From a virus, in IMG/VR virus record IMGVR_UViG_3300044716_000883, positions 96,001 to 160,000 of that record: DNA of 64,000 nt; one strand, given 5' to 3'. Below the pieces are notes generated by a model. It was not told the DNA's origin. It saw nothing but the letters and a program-made list of their open reading frames with translations, and searched no databases. The translations under genes were made by a program, and so were the position numbers. This document shows positions 38,730 to 49,105 of this stretch, in pieces. Within the stretch, counting starts at the first letter, position 1, and each line of letters starts with the position of its first letter.

Positions 38730-40017
38730 ACTGGGTGTAATAGTACCTTATAGGAATAGATATGAACAATTAACTGCGTTCAAAGAATCTATTACAAAGT
38801 ATCTTGAATCCAAAAACATAAACTTTGAATTAATTATAGTTGAGCAAGATAATGCTAAACTTTTTAATAGAGGTATGTTACTTAACATTGGATTTAAGTA
38901 TGCTAAGAAACTTAAATGCAATTATGTTGTACTCCATGATGTGGATATGCTACCAATTGGTGTAGACTATTCTTATTCAGATACACCTATACACTTAGCT
39001 ACCGATAATATTCCATTTGAATCCTATTTCGGTGGTATTACATTATTCCCATCAGAATTATTTGAAAAAATAAATGGATTTTCTAATTTATATTGGGGTT
39101 GGGGATTTGAAGATGATGATTTACGATATAGATGTATAAAAAATAATATCCCATTCCAGAATATTATAGCTGATACATTTACAAACGAGAAACTACCCAT
39201 TTTTAATGGGATTGATGCCTATGCAACTATACCAAACGTTATAAATTATAATAGAAATTTTAAAATAGAATTAGATATTAATTTAGATAGAGTCATTTAT
39301 AATGTAGAAACACAATTTGATGAGTTTCCTATACTAACCATAGAGGGATATGATTTTAAGCTTTTCTATAATTCTTTTAATAGATTTTATCTACAACTTT
39401 TTGATAAAAAGGGTAACTATTATGATGCACATTCAGACATTGTAACAACATCAAATAATAAAATAAAAATAGAATATAATAAAACTGATAAAACAATTAT
39501 TTTTATAGTAAATGGTGTTCAAAATATTATTCAACTTTCAAATTATATACATAATTACTCTAACATAGATAATATAATAATTGGTTCGGATAACATAAAA
39601 GAAAACTTTTTTAAAGGAACTATAAATGAATTTTTATTGAAAGAAAATGATGATGTAAAAATACATTATAAAAACTATAATATCACTAAATATAAATTTA
39701 CTGACATTTCAGATAATAAAACTGATGGTAAATTTTTTAAAGTTTATTTAGATTATTTTAAACCATTTGTAAATCACTATTCATATATACCATTTAGACG
39801 AAGTAGTAAACTTTTAAAATTGGAACATGAAGATTGTGGATTTAACAATGGTAGATGGCAGGATGATAACAGTAGGTGGAATCAATTGAGATATAACAAT
39901 GAAGTACAATTAGGACATCACGATGGTATTGATGATGGGTTAACTACTTGTGTAGATTATAAAGTGTATAGCAAAATAAAAGATAATAAAATAACTCATT
40001 TAAATGTAGGAATATGA
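38722..40017 (+). CDS. GT7 beta-1,4-galactosyltransferase-like protein with inserted LamG-like domain
   Basis: VPYRNR, FNRGMLLNIG, HDVD, YFGG, NGFSNLYWGWGFEDDD. Confidence 0.85.
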   Translation: MNKLGVIVPYRNRYEQLTAFKESITKYLESKNINFELIIVEQDNAKLFNRGMLLNIGFKYAKKLKCNYVVLHDVDMLPIGVDYSYSDTPIHLATDNIPFESYFGGITLFPSELFEKINGFSNLYWGWGFEDDDLRYRCIKNNIPFQNIIADTFTNEKLPIFNGIDAYATIPNVINYNRNFKIELDINLDRVIYNVETQFDEFPILTIEGYDFKLFYNSFNRFYLQLFDKKGNYYDAHSDIVTTSNNKIKIEYNKTDKTIIFIVNGVQNIIQLSNYIHNYSNIDNIIIGSDNIKENFFKGTINEFLLKENDDVKIHYKNYNITKYKFTDISDNKTDGKFFKVYLDYFKPFVNHYSYIPFRRSSKLLKLEHEDCGFNNGRWQDDNSRWNQLRYNNEVQLGHHDGIDDGLTTCVDYKVYSKIKDNKITHLNVGI

Positions 40018-41450
40018 AACTAGGAGTATGTGTGCCTTATAGAAATAGAGAAGCACATTTAAAAGAATTTGTACCTCGCGTAGGAAAATTTTTAGAAGAA
40101 AGAGGCATTGACTACTGCATGTATTTTGGCCATCAGGTAGATGACAAATTATTTAACAGAGGTGCTATGAAAAACATAGCAGCTAAACATGCTTTTGAGG
40201 ATGGATGTGATTATATTGTATGGCACGATATTGATATGATCCCTGTAGATGATCATTGTGATTATTCTTTCCCTAAAGACAATCCACGACATATAGCAGT
40301 TAATATTTCTAAACACAATTACCATTTAAAGTATGAAGATTACTTTGGTGGTGCTGTTATATTCTCAAAAGAACAAGTAGAAAAAACCAATGGTTATTCT
40401 AATGATTATTGGGATTGGGGTATGGAGGATGATGATTTGTTTTGGAGGTGCATATATGAAGGATATGCTAACATTAGTTATCTAGATTATAAAGATAAAA
40501 CTAATACTTATTTAAGATTTAATGGGTATGATTCTCATGTTAAAGTCCCATCAAGTCCTACTTTAAAAGACCTAACACATCGATCCCACACCATATCAAT
40601 ATTAGTTAGAGCCTTCCAGCAACAAGATAAAATGTCTATTTACTTGATAGGATCTGATAATAAACAATTTGTTGAATACCCTATATTAAGAAGACCAGGA
40701 TATGACTATAGTATTTCTTATAATAATTCTAGAGCATATACTTCAATGTTATGGAATACATTTAATAAACCTTACTATCAATGGATGAAACGCTTTGAAA
40801 ACCAATGGAGTTGGGTAACAATAGCTACCGATGCTTATGAGAAAAAAATTCATGTCTATATGAATGGAGTTGAATCACAATCATCATCAGGCACAGGTAC
40901 TGATTCTCCAGCTATCTATGAAGGTAATTTAAAACGTTACATGGATATGGATTATTATTTAGGTACATCCCCCTTTTTGGGAGATGATAATCCTGGAAAA
41001 TATTTTAAAGGAGACATGTCTAAACTAATGATGTGGGATAGGTGTTTGAGCGAAGAAGAAATATTATCTTCATTTAATAATACGATAGATGGTTTAGTAC
41101 TTGACTATGATTTTAGTCATGACAAACTATTAAAGGATCAAACAGGAAATAATAATAATGGCTTAGTAACAAGCTGCTTTAAACTAGAAGAAGAAATAAA
41201 AGTACCAAACACAGTTGTCCCTTATAGAACACCGGGCCGTATGGATTGTTTAGAACATCCTGATGAAGGATTTCATGAAGGATCTTGGATAAAAGGTAAA
41301 ACAACGGCTCGTAATGAGGAAAGATTTATAATGCAAATGCAACAAGGTACAATTGATTATAAAAATGATGGTATGAATACTTTAAAATATACACTAGTAA
41401 ATGTTGAAGAAATAACACCAAAAGCTAAATTAATTAACGTAGTGTTGTAA
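40014..41450 (+). CDS. GT7 beta-1,4-galactosyltransferase-like protein with inserted LamG-like domain
   Basis: VPYRNR, FNRGAMKN, HDID, YFGG, NGYSNDYWDWGMEDDD; FNGYDSHV...WSWVTI...WDRCLSEEEI LamG. Confidence 0.87.
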   Translation: MKLGVCVPYRNREAHLKEFVPRVGKFLEERGIDYCMYFGHQVDDKLFNRGAMKNIAAKHAFEDGCDYIVWHDIDMIPVDDHCDYSFPKDNPRHIAVNISKHNYHLKYEDYFGGAVIFSKEQVEKTNGYSNDYWDWGMEDDDLFWRCIYEGYANISYLDYKDKTNTYLRFNGYDSHVKVPSSPTLKDLTHRSHTISILVRAFQQQDKMSIYLIGSDNKQFVEYPILRRPGYDYSISYNNSRAYTSMLWNTFNKPYYQWMKRFENQWSWVTIATDAYEKKIHVYMNGVESQSSSGTGTDSPAIYEGNLKRYMDMDYYLGTSPFLGDDNPGKYFKGDMSKLMMWDRCLSEEEILSSFNNTIDGLVLDYDFSHDKLLKDQTGNNNNGLVTSCFKLEEEIKVPNTVVPYRTPGRMDCLEHPDEGFHEGSWIKGKTTARNEERFIMQMQQGTIDYKNDGMNTLKYTLVNVEEITPKAKLINVVL

Positions 41451-41476
41451 TATTTATTACAAGTAAACAAACAAAT

Positions 41477-42955
41477 ATGTCAGAAGAATTAAGGTTATGG
41501 AGGGATAAAAATCTCAACAAAGTTAGTAAAAGCTTTTGTGCCGCCAAATGGTTAAATGCTAGTTTGCACCTAGGCCATGGATTTACAAATTCATGCCATT
41601 TACCTCTACCCCACCCTGTTGATTTAGAAGAAATCAAGAAAAATCCATCAGCACTTCATAATACTCAGCATAAGAAAGAAATGAGAAAAATGATGCTAAA
41701 AGGTGAACGTCCCGCTGAATGTTCATATTGTTGGAAAATTGAGGACATAGGTAGAGATAATATTTCGGATCGTGTTTATAAGAGTAAAATTTATTCTAAA
41801 GAAGATCTTAATCGTATTGCAAAAACTCCATTCCATGAGGATGTGAATTTAAAAACTGTAGAAATTAGCTTTGACAGAACATGTACATTTGCTTGTTCTT
41901 ATTGTAATGCTGGTTATAGTACAACATGGGGTAAGGAAATTAATAAATTTGGACCCTATCAGAAATTTAAAACAGTTTCAGCAGAAGCATACCAAAATGA
42001 TGGGTCATGGGCCGACAAGTATGGTAAACATAGTCAGTTTAATCCTTATGTTGAAGCATTTTTAGCTTGGTGGCCTGAGTTATCTAAAGAGTTACAAGAA
42101 GTAAGAATTACAGGTGGTGAACCAAGTGCTAGTCATAATTTTTGGAACTTTATTGAAACTCTAAAGCAATATCCCGCTGAAAATATGGCGTTGGCTGTTA
42201 ACTCTAATCTAGGAATGGATCAGAAAACTCTAGAGAGAATGATCCAAATGACTAAAGATATTAAAATTAAAGAATTTGACTTATATACAAGCAATGAAGC
42301 TGTAGGAGCTCATGCTGAATATATTCGTGATGGATTAAAATATGATGTATGGAGACAAAATCTGGTAACATTTATTGAAAATGCCAAATTTAGATCCGTT
42401 ACTATAATGATGACTATTAATAGCCTATGCCTATTCAGTATAGATGAATTTTTAGATGACATGTTAGTGCTGAAAGAAAAATACGGACCTAACAGACCAA
42501 ATGTAGATTTAAATATTTTACGTTGGCCTGGATTTATGTCTCCTTTAGCTTTACCTGATGATATTAAAAAATCACTTCATACTAGATTAAAAAGATGGTA
42601 CAATAAAAATAAAAAGAATCCATTATTTAGTACAGGGGAAAAAGCTCAAATTGAACGTTTAATAGATTATATTGAAGTAGTTCAAAAAGGACATAACTAT
42701 ACTGAAGATGATAAAAGTTTATTATTGCATGATTTTAAATCATTTTATAAACAATATGATTTTAGACGTGGTAAAGACTTTAAAATGACATTCCCTGAAT
42801 TAGCTGAATGGTATGATACTTTGGTTGTAGACCAAGACATACCATCAGTTGAAATGAAAGATGGATCTATAACTCACTTTGAAAAAGGTGTCTATATACC
42901 ACCCCCAGGAACAATACCACCCCCAGAATTAAAACTACCACCCAAATTAATATAA
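41477..42955 (+). CDS. radical SAM protein with N-terminal twitch/SPASM-like domain
   Basis: CTFACSYC (CxxxCxxC), ITGGEP, FCAAKW...SCHLP...ECSYCW. Confidence 0.88.
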   Translation: MSEELRLWRDKNLNKVSKSFCAAKWLNASLHLGHGFTNSCHLPLPHPVDLEEIKKNPSALHNTQHKKEMRKMMLKGERPAECSYCWKIEDIGRDNISDRVYKSKIYSKEDLNRIAKTPFHEDVNLKTVEISFDRTCTFACSYCNAGYSTTWGKEINKFGPYQKFKTVSAEAYQNDGSWADKYGKHSQFNPYVEAFLAWWPELSKELQEVRITGGEPSASHNFWNFIETLKQYPAENMALAVNSNLGMDQKTLERMIQMTKDIKIKEFDLYTSNEAVGAHAEYIRDGLKYDVWRQNLVTFIENAKFRSVTIMMTINSLCLFSIDEFLDDMLVLKEKYGPNRPNVDLNILRWPGFMSPLALPDDIKKSLHTRLKRWYNKNKKNPLFSTGEKAQIERLIDYIEVVQKGHNYTEDDKSLLLHDFKSFYKQYDFRRGKDFKMTFPELAEWYDTLVVDQDIPSVEMKDGSITHFEKGVYIPPPGTIPPPELKLPPKLI

Positions 42956-43945
42956 ATGAAAATACTAATAACAGGGGTAGCAGGATTGTTAGGATCAAGA
43001 CTAGCCAACTGGATTATTCTAAACCACCCAGAAGCTGAAGTTGTTGGTATAGATGACTTAAGCGGAGGGTATAGAGAAAACATTCCATCTAAAGTAAATT
43101 TTTGGCAAATGAACTTAGTGGATCATCCAATTGAAAATTGCTTTGAAAATCATAAGTTTGATTATGTTTTTCATTTTGCGGCTTATGCTGCTGAGGGATT
43201 ATCTCCTTTTATTAGAAAATTTAACTATGAAAATAATTTAGTAGCTACTTCTAGAATAGTAAGTAATTGTATAAAATACAATGTAAAAAGATTAGTATTT
43301 ACTTCTAGCATGGCTGTATATGGTCACGGTAATAGAGAAAGATTTGATGAAAATCAAACACCGAAACCTATTGATCCTTATGGCATAGCAAAATATGCTT
43401 GTGAAATGGATATACAGGTAGCTGGTGAACAACATAGTTTAGATTGGTGTATAATTAGACCACATAATGTATACGGTATTAATCAAAATATTTGGGACAA
43501 ATATAGAAATGTATTAGGTATTTGGATGTATCAACATCTTAATAATAAACCTATGACTATATTTGGTGATGGAATGCAAACAAGAGCTTTTAGCTATATT
43601 GATGATATAGTAGAGCCATTATGGAAAGCAGCTATTGAACCAAAAGCATCTAAAGAAATTATTAATTTAGGAGGTATTATTGGATATACTATTAGTGAAG
43701 CCAATACTATAATAAAAAATATTATCGGAGGAGGTATTACTGAGTTTAAAGAAGCTAGACATGAAGTTAAACATGCTATCCCTACATACCAGAAATCTAT
43801 TAATATATTAGGATTTGAACATAAAACTGACTTACACTATGGTTTAATTAAAATGTGGGAGTGGGCTCAAGTACAACCAAAACGAGATCGTTTTATTTGG
43901 CCTAGTTACGAATTAGATAAAGGAATATATAAATTTTGGCAGTAA
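42956..43945 (+). CDS. NAD-dependent nucleotide-sugar epimerase/dehydratase
   Basis: ILITGVAGLLGS, HFAA, TSSMAVYG, YGIAK (YxxxK), RPHNVYG. Confidence 0.92.
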   Translation: MKILITGVAGLLGSRLANWIILNHPEAEVVGIDDLSGGYRENIPSKVNFWQMNLVDHPIENCFENHKFDYVFHFAAYAAEGLSPFIRKFNYENNLVATSRIVSNCIKYNVKRLVFTSSMAVYGHGNRERFDENQTPKPIDPYGIAKYACEMDIQVAGEQHSLDWCIIRPHNVYGINQNIWDKYRNVLGIWMYQHLNNKPMTIFGDGMQTRAFSYIDDIVEPLWKAAIEPKASKEIINLGGIIGYTISEANTIIKNIIGGGITEFKEARHEVKHAIPTYQKSINILGFEHKTDLHYGLIKMWEWAQVQPKRDRFIWPSYELDKGIYKFWQ

Positions 43946-45285
43946 TGATATTCATGTATGAAGATAAAAAGCATTTTTCAAATTTTACAGCATGTAATGA
44001 TGTAAATGCTTCTGGTATTAAAAGATTTGGCAGGTCTCCATTAATTGGAGCTATGACAAGTACATTAACTTGGATAGAAGGACAAACAATAACTTTTAGA
44101 TATGAAGAATCTTTTCCACAACTTGAATTATTAGATGTAAACAAACATAAAGATACAATACACTATATAATCCCCTCTGGAGTTAATCACAATCCTAAAG
44201 ATTGGGCTGGTGGTTATCCACCAAGTGAAGGTAGAAGTTTGTTTGATTATTTAAATAATAAGTATTTAAAAGATTTAAGAAATAATGAAGCCTTTTTATT
44301 GTTAGATCAAAGTTTAGAAGGATATCATGCTCCTTGGTTATGGGACTTTTTCCATTCTGAATGTGATAGAAAAGGTTTTAATCCTTTTAATATCATATAT
44401 GTAACAGGAGATATAATAGCATCTGAAACTTATAGTAAATGGGCAGATGAAAACAATATTCCTCCTACAAATAGAATGTTAGTATTAGGATACCCTCACT
44501 TTCAAATAGATGTTTTTTTAAATTCTAGTAATAAAGTTCATTTATTTAAAGATCCATTACCTAGTTTTGAGGATCATATTAAACACAAAACTGAAAATTT
44601 AAATGATATTAAAACATATGCTTGTTTAAATAAACGTTTACGAGCCCATAGAATATGGTTTTATACTTACTTATATTACAATAATCTACTAGATAAAGGA
44701 TTAGTAAGTATGAATCCATATAATTCAAATATGTTAATACAGTGGGAAGAAAAAAAGATGGAAGAAGAAAGATTTGCTGAACCTTTAAAAATACTGCCAC
44801 TAAATATTTATGGAAAGTCTAATAAAGAACTAGGTGATAATTTCTACATAACCCGATTTAACCCAGAAGTATGTTTAGATACATGGGTAAATGTAGTACC
44901 TGAAGCATCATACGGTGATTTAGATGGTAATGTTTTCTTAAGTGAAAAAATATTTAAACCTATTGCATGTAATCATCCATTTATTGTTTTAGGTAGTAAA
45001 GGAAGTCTAAAAGAATTAAGAAAATTAGGTTATAAAACATTTGATGGTTGGATAGATGAATCTTATGATGAGTTAAGTACTTGGGAGCGATTTGAAGCTA
45101 TTATAGATGCTATTAAAAAAATAGATGCTATAGAAGATAAATTAGAATGGTATAAATCTATGGAACCCATTATCAAACACAACTATGAAACTCTAAAAAG
45201 AAATGTTTTAAACGAAGCACCACCCGCATTTGATAAAATAAAAGAACGTTATTTAACTCGTTATTCAAGTAATTGCAAAAACTAA
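43945..45285 (+). CDS. putative GT-B-like glycan-modifying protein (SEK..KP..HPF family), copy 1
   Basis: LNKRLRAHR, FLSEKIFKPIACNHPFIVLG, LGYKTFDGWIDESYD; start moved to the TAATG-coupled ATG. Confidence 0.55.
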   Translation: MIFMYEDKKHFSNFTACNDVNASGIKRFGRSPLIGAMTSTLTWIEGQTITFRYEESFPQLELLDVNKHKDTIHYIIPSGVNHNPKDWAGGYPPSEGRSLFDYLNNKYLKDLRNNEAFLLLDQSLEGYHAPWLWDFFHSECDRKGFNPFNIIYVTGDIIASETYSKWADENNIPPTNRMLVLGYPHFQIDVFLNSSNKVHLFKDPLPSFEDHIKHKTENLNDIKTYACLNKRLRAHRIWFYTYLYYNNLLDKGLVSMNPYNSNMLIQWEEKKMEEERFAEPLKILPLNIYGKSNKELGDNFYITRFNPEVCLDTWVNVVPEASYGDLDGNVFLSEKIFKPIACNHPFIVLGSKGSLKELRKLGYKTFDGWIDESYDELSTWERFEAIIDAIKKIDAIEDKLEWYKSMEPIIKHNYETLKRNVLNEAPPAFDKIKERYLTRYSSNCKN

Positions 45286-45289
45286 TATA

Positions 45290-46213
45290 ATGTACAGATG
45301 GCAATATAAAGATATTAATATAACTAATGATTCTAAAATAATAATAGGATTAGGAGATAGTTTTACTCAAGGACAAGGAGCATGTGATGTCCATGTTTGG
45401 GAAAAATATAATTGGGATTTAAAAGACATGCAAAGTAAATATGAAAAAGATATATTACCTTTTGAGTATGAAGGAGCATGGGTCAATCAATTATGTAAAA
45501 ATCATATGCCTGATTGGATTCCAATTAATTTTGGAATGAGAGGATGCGGTAATAGAGCCACCACAAAACAACTCTATTTACACCCAGATTTAGGTATAGA
45601 AAAAGCAAAAGAAAAAATAGTAATATTTGCTGTTACTGGTTTTGAAAGATTTGACTTTGTAAATAAATCATTTAATGATCACCATCAATTTTTTGCTATG
45701 TGGCCAAGCCCCTGGAGTGATGGAGCTACAAATAAAAAATTATGGGAAGCCTACCATGAGGATATCTTTGATGAACGTTTTTCAATAGTTGAAGCTTTAT
45801 TAAATATATGTGAAGTTCAAACATGGTGTAAAGCAAATAATGCTAAATTTATATTATGTAGTGCCTTTAATAGTAATTTAAATAGAAAATATTTTGAAAA
45901 ATATCTAAGAAAAGATAATAATTCTAATTTAAGTTTATTAAACCTAATAGATTGGAATGATATCTTCAGACCTCAAGGATTTGAAAGTTTTACTGATATG
46001 TTAGTTCATTATGAGAATAGAGAAGATTTAAAAGGAGGTGGCTTTTACATGTGGGCCCATGAGCAAAAGAAAGGAACACCTGAGGGGTATTTTACTCCAT
46101 GTGCTCATCCGTCTTATAAAGGACATAAACTAATAGCTGAATCCATGTATGAATATATTCAAAATAATTTTAAAAATATAAACCAACCAAAACAATCAAT
46201 TAATATAATTTAA
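45290..46213 (+). CDS. SGNH/GDSL-like hydrolase or acyltransferase
   Basis: GLGDSFTQG block I, GCGN block II, HPSYKGH block V. Confidence 0.65.
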   Translation: MYRWQYKDINITNDSKIIIGLGDSFTQGQGACDVHVWEKYNWDLKDMQSKYEKDILPFEYEGAWVNQLCKNHMPDWIPINFGMRGCGNRATTKQLYLHPDLGIEKAKEKIVIFAVTGFERFDFVNKSFNDHHQFFAMWPSPWSDGATNKKLWEAYHEDIFDERFSIVEALLNICEVQTWCKANNAKFILCSAFNSNLNRKYFEKYLRKDNNSNLSLLNLIDWNDIFRPQGFESFTDMLVHYENREDLKGGGFYMWAHEQKKGTPEGYFTPCAHPSYKGHKLIAESMYEYIQNNFKNINQPKQSINII

Positions 46214-46214
46214 T

Positions 46215-47039
46215 ATGAATCAATTTCCTCATTTCCCTTGGTATTTTAATAAAAAAGAATTCTTTAAAATGAACACATCTGTTGCGCCAGAAATGGATTT
46301 TTATCCTGCTGACCATAAAGATGCTTATGAAAAAAATCTGAAAACCCAACCAGAAGACTGGCATTATAGAACTAAAAAAATTAAATATAAACTTAATTCA
46401 CTTGGGTATAGAGCCCCAGAATTTAATACTATTAAATGGAATGAATCTGTAGTTTTATTTGGTTGTTCTTGTACATTTGGAATTGGAGTAGATGAAGATG
46501 AAACTATATCTCATTACTTAAATGAAAAACTAGATAGACCTGTTATAAACATGGGATGGCCTGGTGGTTCTAATATGAATATGTTAATGAATTCTTTAGT
46601 GTTATCTCAATCAAATCAAATACCTTATGCTATAGTATTTTTATGGAGCACAACAGATAGACTTCCTTTATTTACTGATAGACAGGTTTATAATGTCGGG
46701 CCTTGGGATTCTAATGAAAATAAAAAAAATGTAGAATATAGAGATTCATATAATGATATTTCTAATGCTTTGTTTGAAAATTATAACTTTTTTATTCAAA
46801 ATGAAACTATGAATAGTTATTTTACATCTCAATTTGCTAAAGAAATATGGAAAGAAAAAACAAAATACATAACAGGTACTTTTTTCAATAACACTGCATT
46901 GTGTATGGATACACACCACGTATTTAAAATAGATAACAAAGCCAGAGATTTAGTCCATCCAGGAATAGAATCTAATAAATCAGCAGCTAGTAATTTAGCC
47001 CACTTAATAGAAAATTATGGAGTCAAAAATTTATTGTAG
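46215..47039 (+). CDS. SGNH-like protein
   Basis: FGCSCTFG, NMGWPGGS, DLVHPG. Confidence 0.6.
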   Translation: MNQFPHFPWYFNKKEFFKMNTSVAPEMDFYPADHKDAYEKNLKTQPEDWHYRTKKIKYKLNSLGYRAPEFNTIKWNESVVLFGCSCTFGIGVDEDETISHYLNEKLDRPVINMGWPGGSNMNMLMNSLVLSQSNQIPYAIVFLWSTTDRLPLFTDRQVYNVGPWDSNENKKNVEYRDSYNDISNALFENYNFFIQNETMNSYFTSQFAKEIWKEKTKYITGTFFNNTALCMDTHHVFKIDNKARDLVHPGIESNKSAASNLAHLIENYGVKNLL

Positions 47040-48309
47040 TCTAGAAGGTTACGACAGTATACTTAATTCGAATCGTCCAAACGGTTCATCTAGATCTTGG
47101 TATTTAGAAGAATTAAAAGAGATTCAATATCCTATGATGTGGGGTGATTGGAATATTTTTAAGGATTGCCAAACTAAAACCGGATTAATTCAAGGAGAAG
47201 AAGTTAGAAGTATGTCTTGTCCTCTTTATGGTTGTGAGTTTTTAGATTATAGAAATATGGATCAAATAGGAGATAATCCTCATTTATACATTATAAGTGT
47301 ATATCATCCTTTCTTTTTTGAAAATACTAGAAATATAGGCTTTTCATGCATATCACCAAAATATCTAGAAGATATTAGAAAGGGTAAATGTAAAATAGTA
47401 ATATGCTGCTACAATGAAGGATACTCAGGATCTGATGGTAATAATGATTTAGAAATAATAGAAGAATGGAGAATAAAATCCAATTTACCTTCTAAGTCAG
47501 TTTATTATGTAACAGCTAACTTAATAGCAGATAAAATAGCTAAAGAAAAAGGATTAGATTTAGAAGTTAAATGCTTAGGTACATTTGAACCTTGTGTTAA
47601 ATTTTATTATGAGGATGATAATATAATTCCTTTTAATCCAATAGATGATAAGCATTTATATCTTTCTTATAATAGACAAATAAGATTTCAACGTCAAAAA
47701 TTTGTAGGTGAATTAAGAGCAAATGAATTACTAGGTAAAGGGTTAGTAAGTTTAGGCAAAATTACTGATTATACCTTATGCAGAGATATAGATGAAGAAC
47801 TACAACAATGGTATTTACAAAACACACCATTAACCATCAGTGATGATATAACACCTAATTTGGCATGTAATATATACGCACCTGATTTTGAAAGAACATT
47901 TATGTCCGCTGTAACAGAAACTTTAACTAATAAAGGTACACTTTTTCTATCAGAAAAAACATGGAAACCCCTTCTTGTGGGTCATCCGTTTGTAACTTAT
48001 GCTAATAAAGGTACATTAGGATACTTAAGAAGTATTGGTTATAAAACATTTGGACAGTGGTTTGATGAAAGTTATGATGATGTTGAAGATGAAACAACTA
48101 GATATAAAATGGTAGTTGAACAGATTATAAAGTATAAAGACAAATCAACTGATGAACTTAAAGCTATAAGAGAAGAAATGAAAATGACTTTAATTCATAA
48201 TCAACTTCATTTTAGACAAATGTTCAAAGAAAGATATAATGTTAAAAATGAAAGTTTAGTATTAATTCAATATTTTCAAGAAATTTGGAATACAATAAAA
48301 GATAAATAA
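47017..48309 (+). CDS. putative GT-B-like glycan-modifying protein (SEK..KP..HPF family), copy 2
   Basis: YNRQIRFQR, FLSEKTWKPLLVGHPF, IGYKTFGQWFDESYD. Confidence 0.55.
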   Translation: MESKIYCSLEGYDSILNSNRPNGSSRSWYLEELKEIQYPMMWGDWNIFKDCQTKTGLIQGEEVRSMSCPLYGCEFLDYRNMDQIGDNPHLYIISVYHPFFFENTRNIGFSCISPKYLEDIRKGKCKIVICCYNEGYSGSDGNNDLEIIEEWRIKSNLPSKSVYYVTANLIADKIAKEKGLDLEVKCLGTFEPCVKFYYEDDNIIPFNPIDDKHLYLSYNRQIRFQRQKFVGELRANELLGKGLVSLGKITDYTLCRDIDEELQQWYLQNTPLTISDDITPNLACNIYAPDFERTFMSAVTETLTNKGTLFLSEKTWKPLLVGHPFVTYANKGTLGYLRSIGYKTFGQWFDESYDDVEDETTRYKMVVEQIIKYKDKSTDELKAIREEMKMTLIHNQLHFRQMFKERYNVKNESLVLIQYFQEIWNTIKDK

Positions 48310-49100
48310 TGGGAAGAGTTTTTACTTTTGGATGTAGTTTTACAGAATATAGTTGGCCAACATGGGCTGATATGATATTGTATAAACGTGAAGGTGTTAA
48401 TTATGCTATTTGTGGAGGAGGATTTGAGCAAATTATGAGTAGTTTAGTTCAATGTGATATAGACTATAAATTAACTAAGGATGATCATATTTTTATTGTC
48501 TATCCTAATTTATTAAGATGGGATGCTCCAACATATCCTAAAATGTTATGTTATGGGAATGCCATTACCTCACCATGGATGGATCATAAAGATAAATTAT
48601 GGAATGTTGAAGGTATGGTTTATAAAAATTTAAACTGGATGTACATGATTAATGAATTTTTACTTCATAAAGGTGTAACATTTAGATATGGCAGTATAAC
48701 TAAAATATTTACTTATTTAGAAAATTATTTTTTAGATTCTTATCAAATTGAAGGTGATGTATTAAAACATCTAGAATATATAAAAAGTCACATCCCATTA
48801 TTAACTGATTTTTATACACACATGTACGGAGATCAAAATGATGATAGCCAATGGAAAGCAACAAAACAATGGAAAGATCGTGGTGAATATCACCCCCGTC
48901 CTACACATCATTATGATTGGTTAAAAAATATTCTTTTGCCTACCATAAATTTGGACGTATATTTAACCCCAGATGATATATCCAATATGGAGAAAGTAAT
49001 AGATAGTACTGATGACTATAATGTTGTTGAGAACTATTTTTCCCATTCAGAATATGAAAGTAATAGAAAAGATTGGTATAAAATAAAAAAACATAATTAA
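48309..49100 (+). CDS. SGNH-like protein
   Basis: FGCSFT..SWPTWAD, AICGGG, HPRPTHH. Confidence 0.55.
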   Translation: MGRVFTFGCSFTEYSWPTWADMILYKREGVNYAICGGGFEQIMSSLVQCDIDYKLTKDDHIFIVYPNLLRWDAPTYPKMLCYGNAITSPWMDHKDKLWNVEGMVYKNLNWMYMINEFLLHKGVTFRYGSITKIFTYLENYFLDSYQIEGDVLKHLEYIKSHIPLLTDFYTHMYGDQNDDSQWKATKQWKDRGEYHPRPTHHYDWLKNILLPTINLDVYLTPDDISNMEKVIDSTDDYNVVENYFSHSEYESNRKDWYKIKKHN

Positions 49101-49105
49101 TAAAT

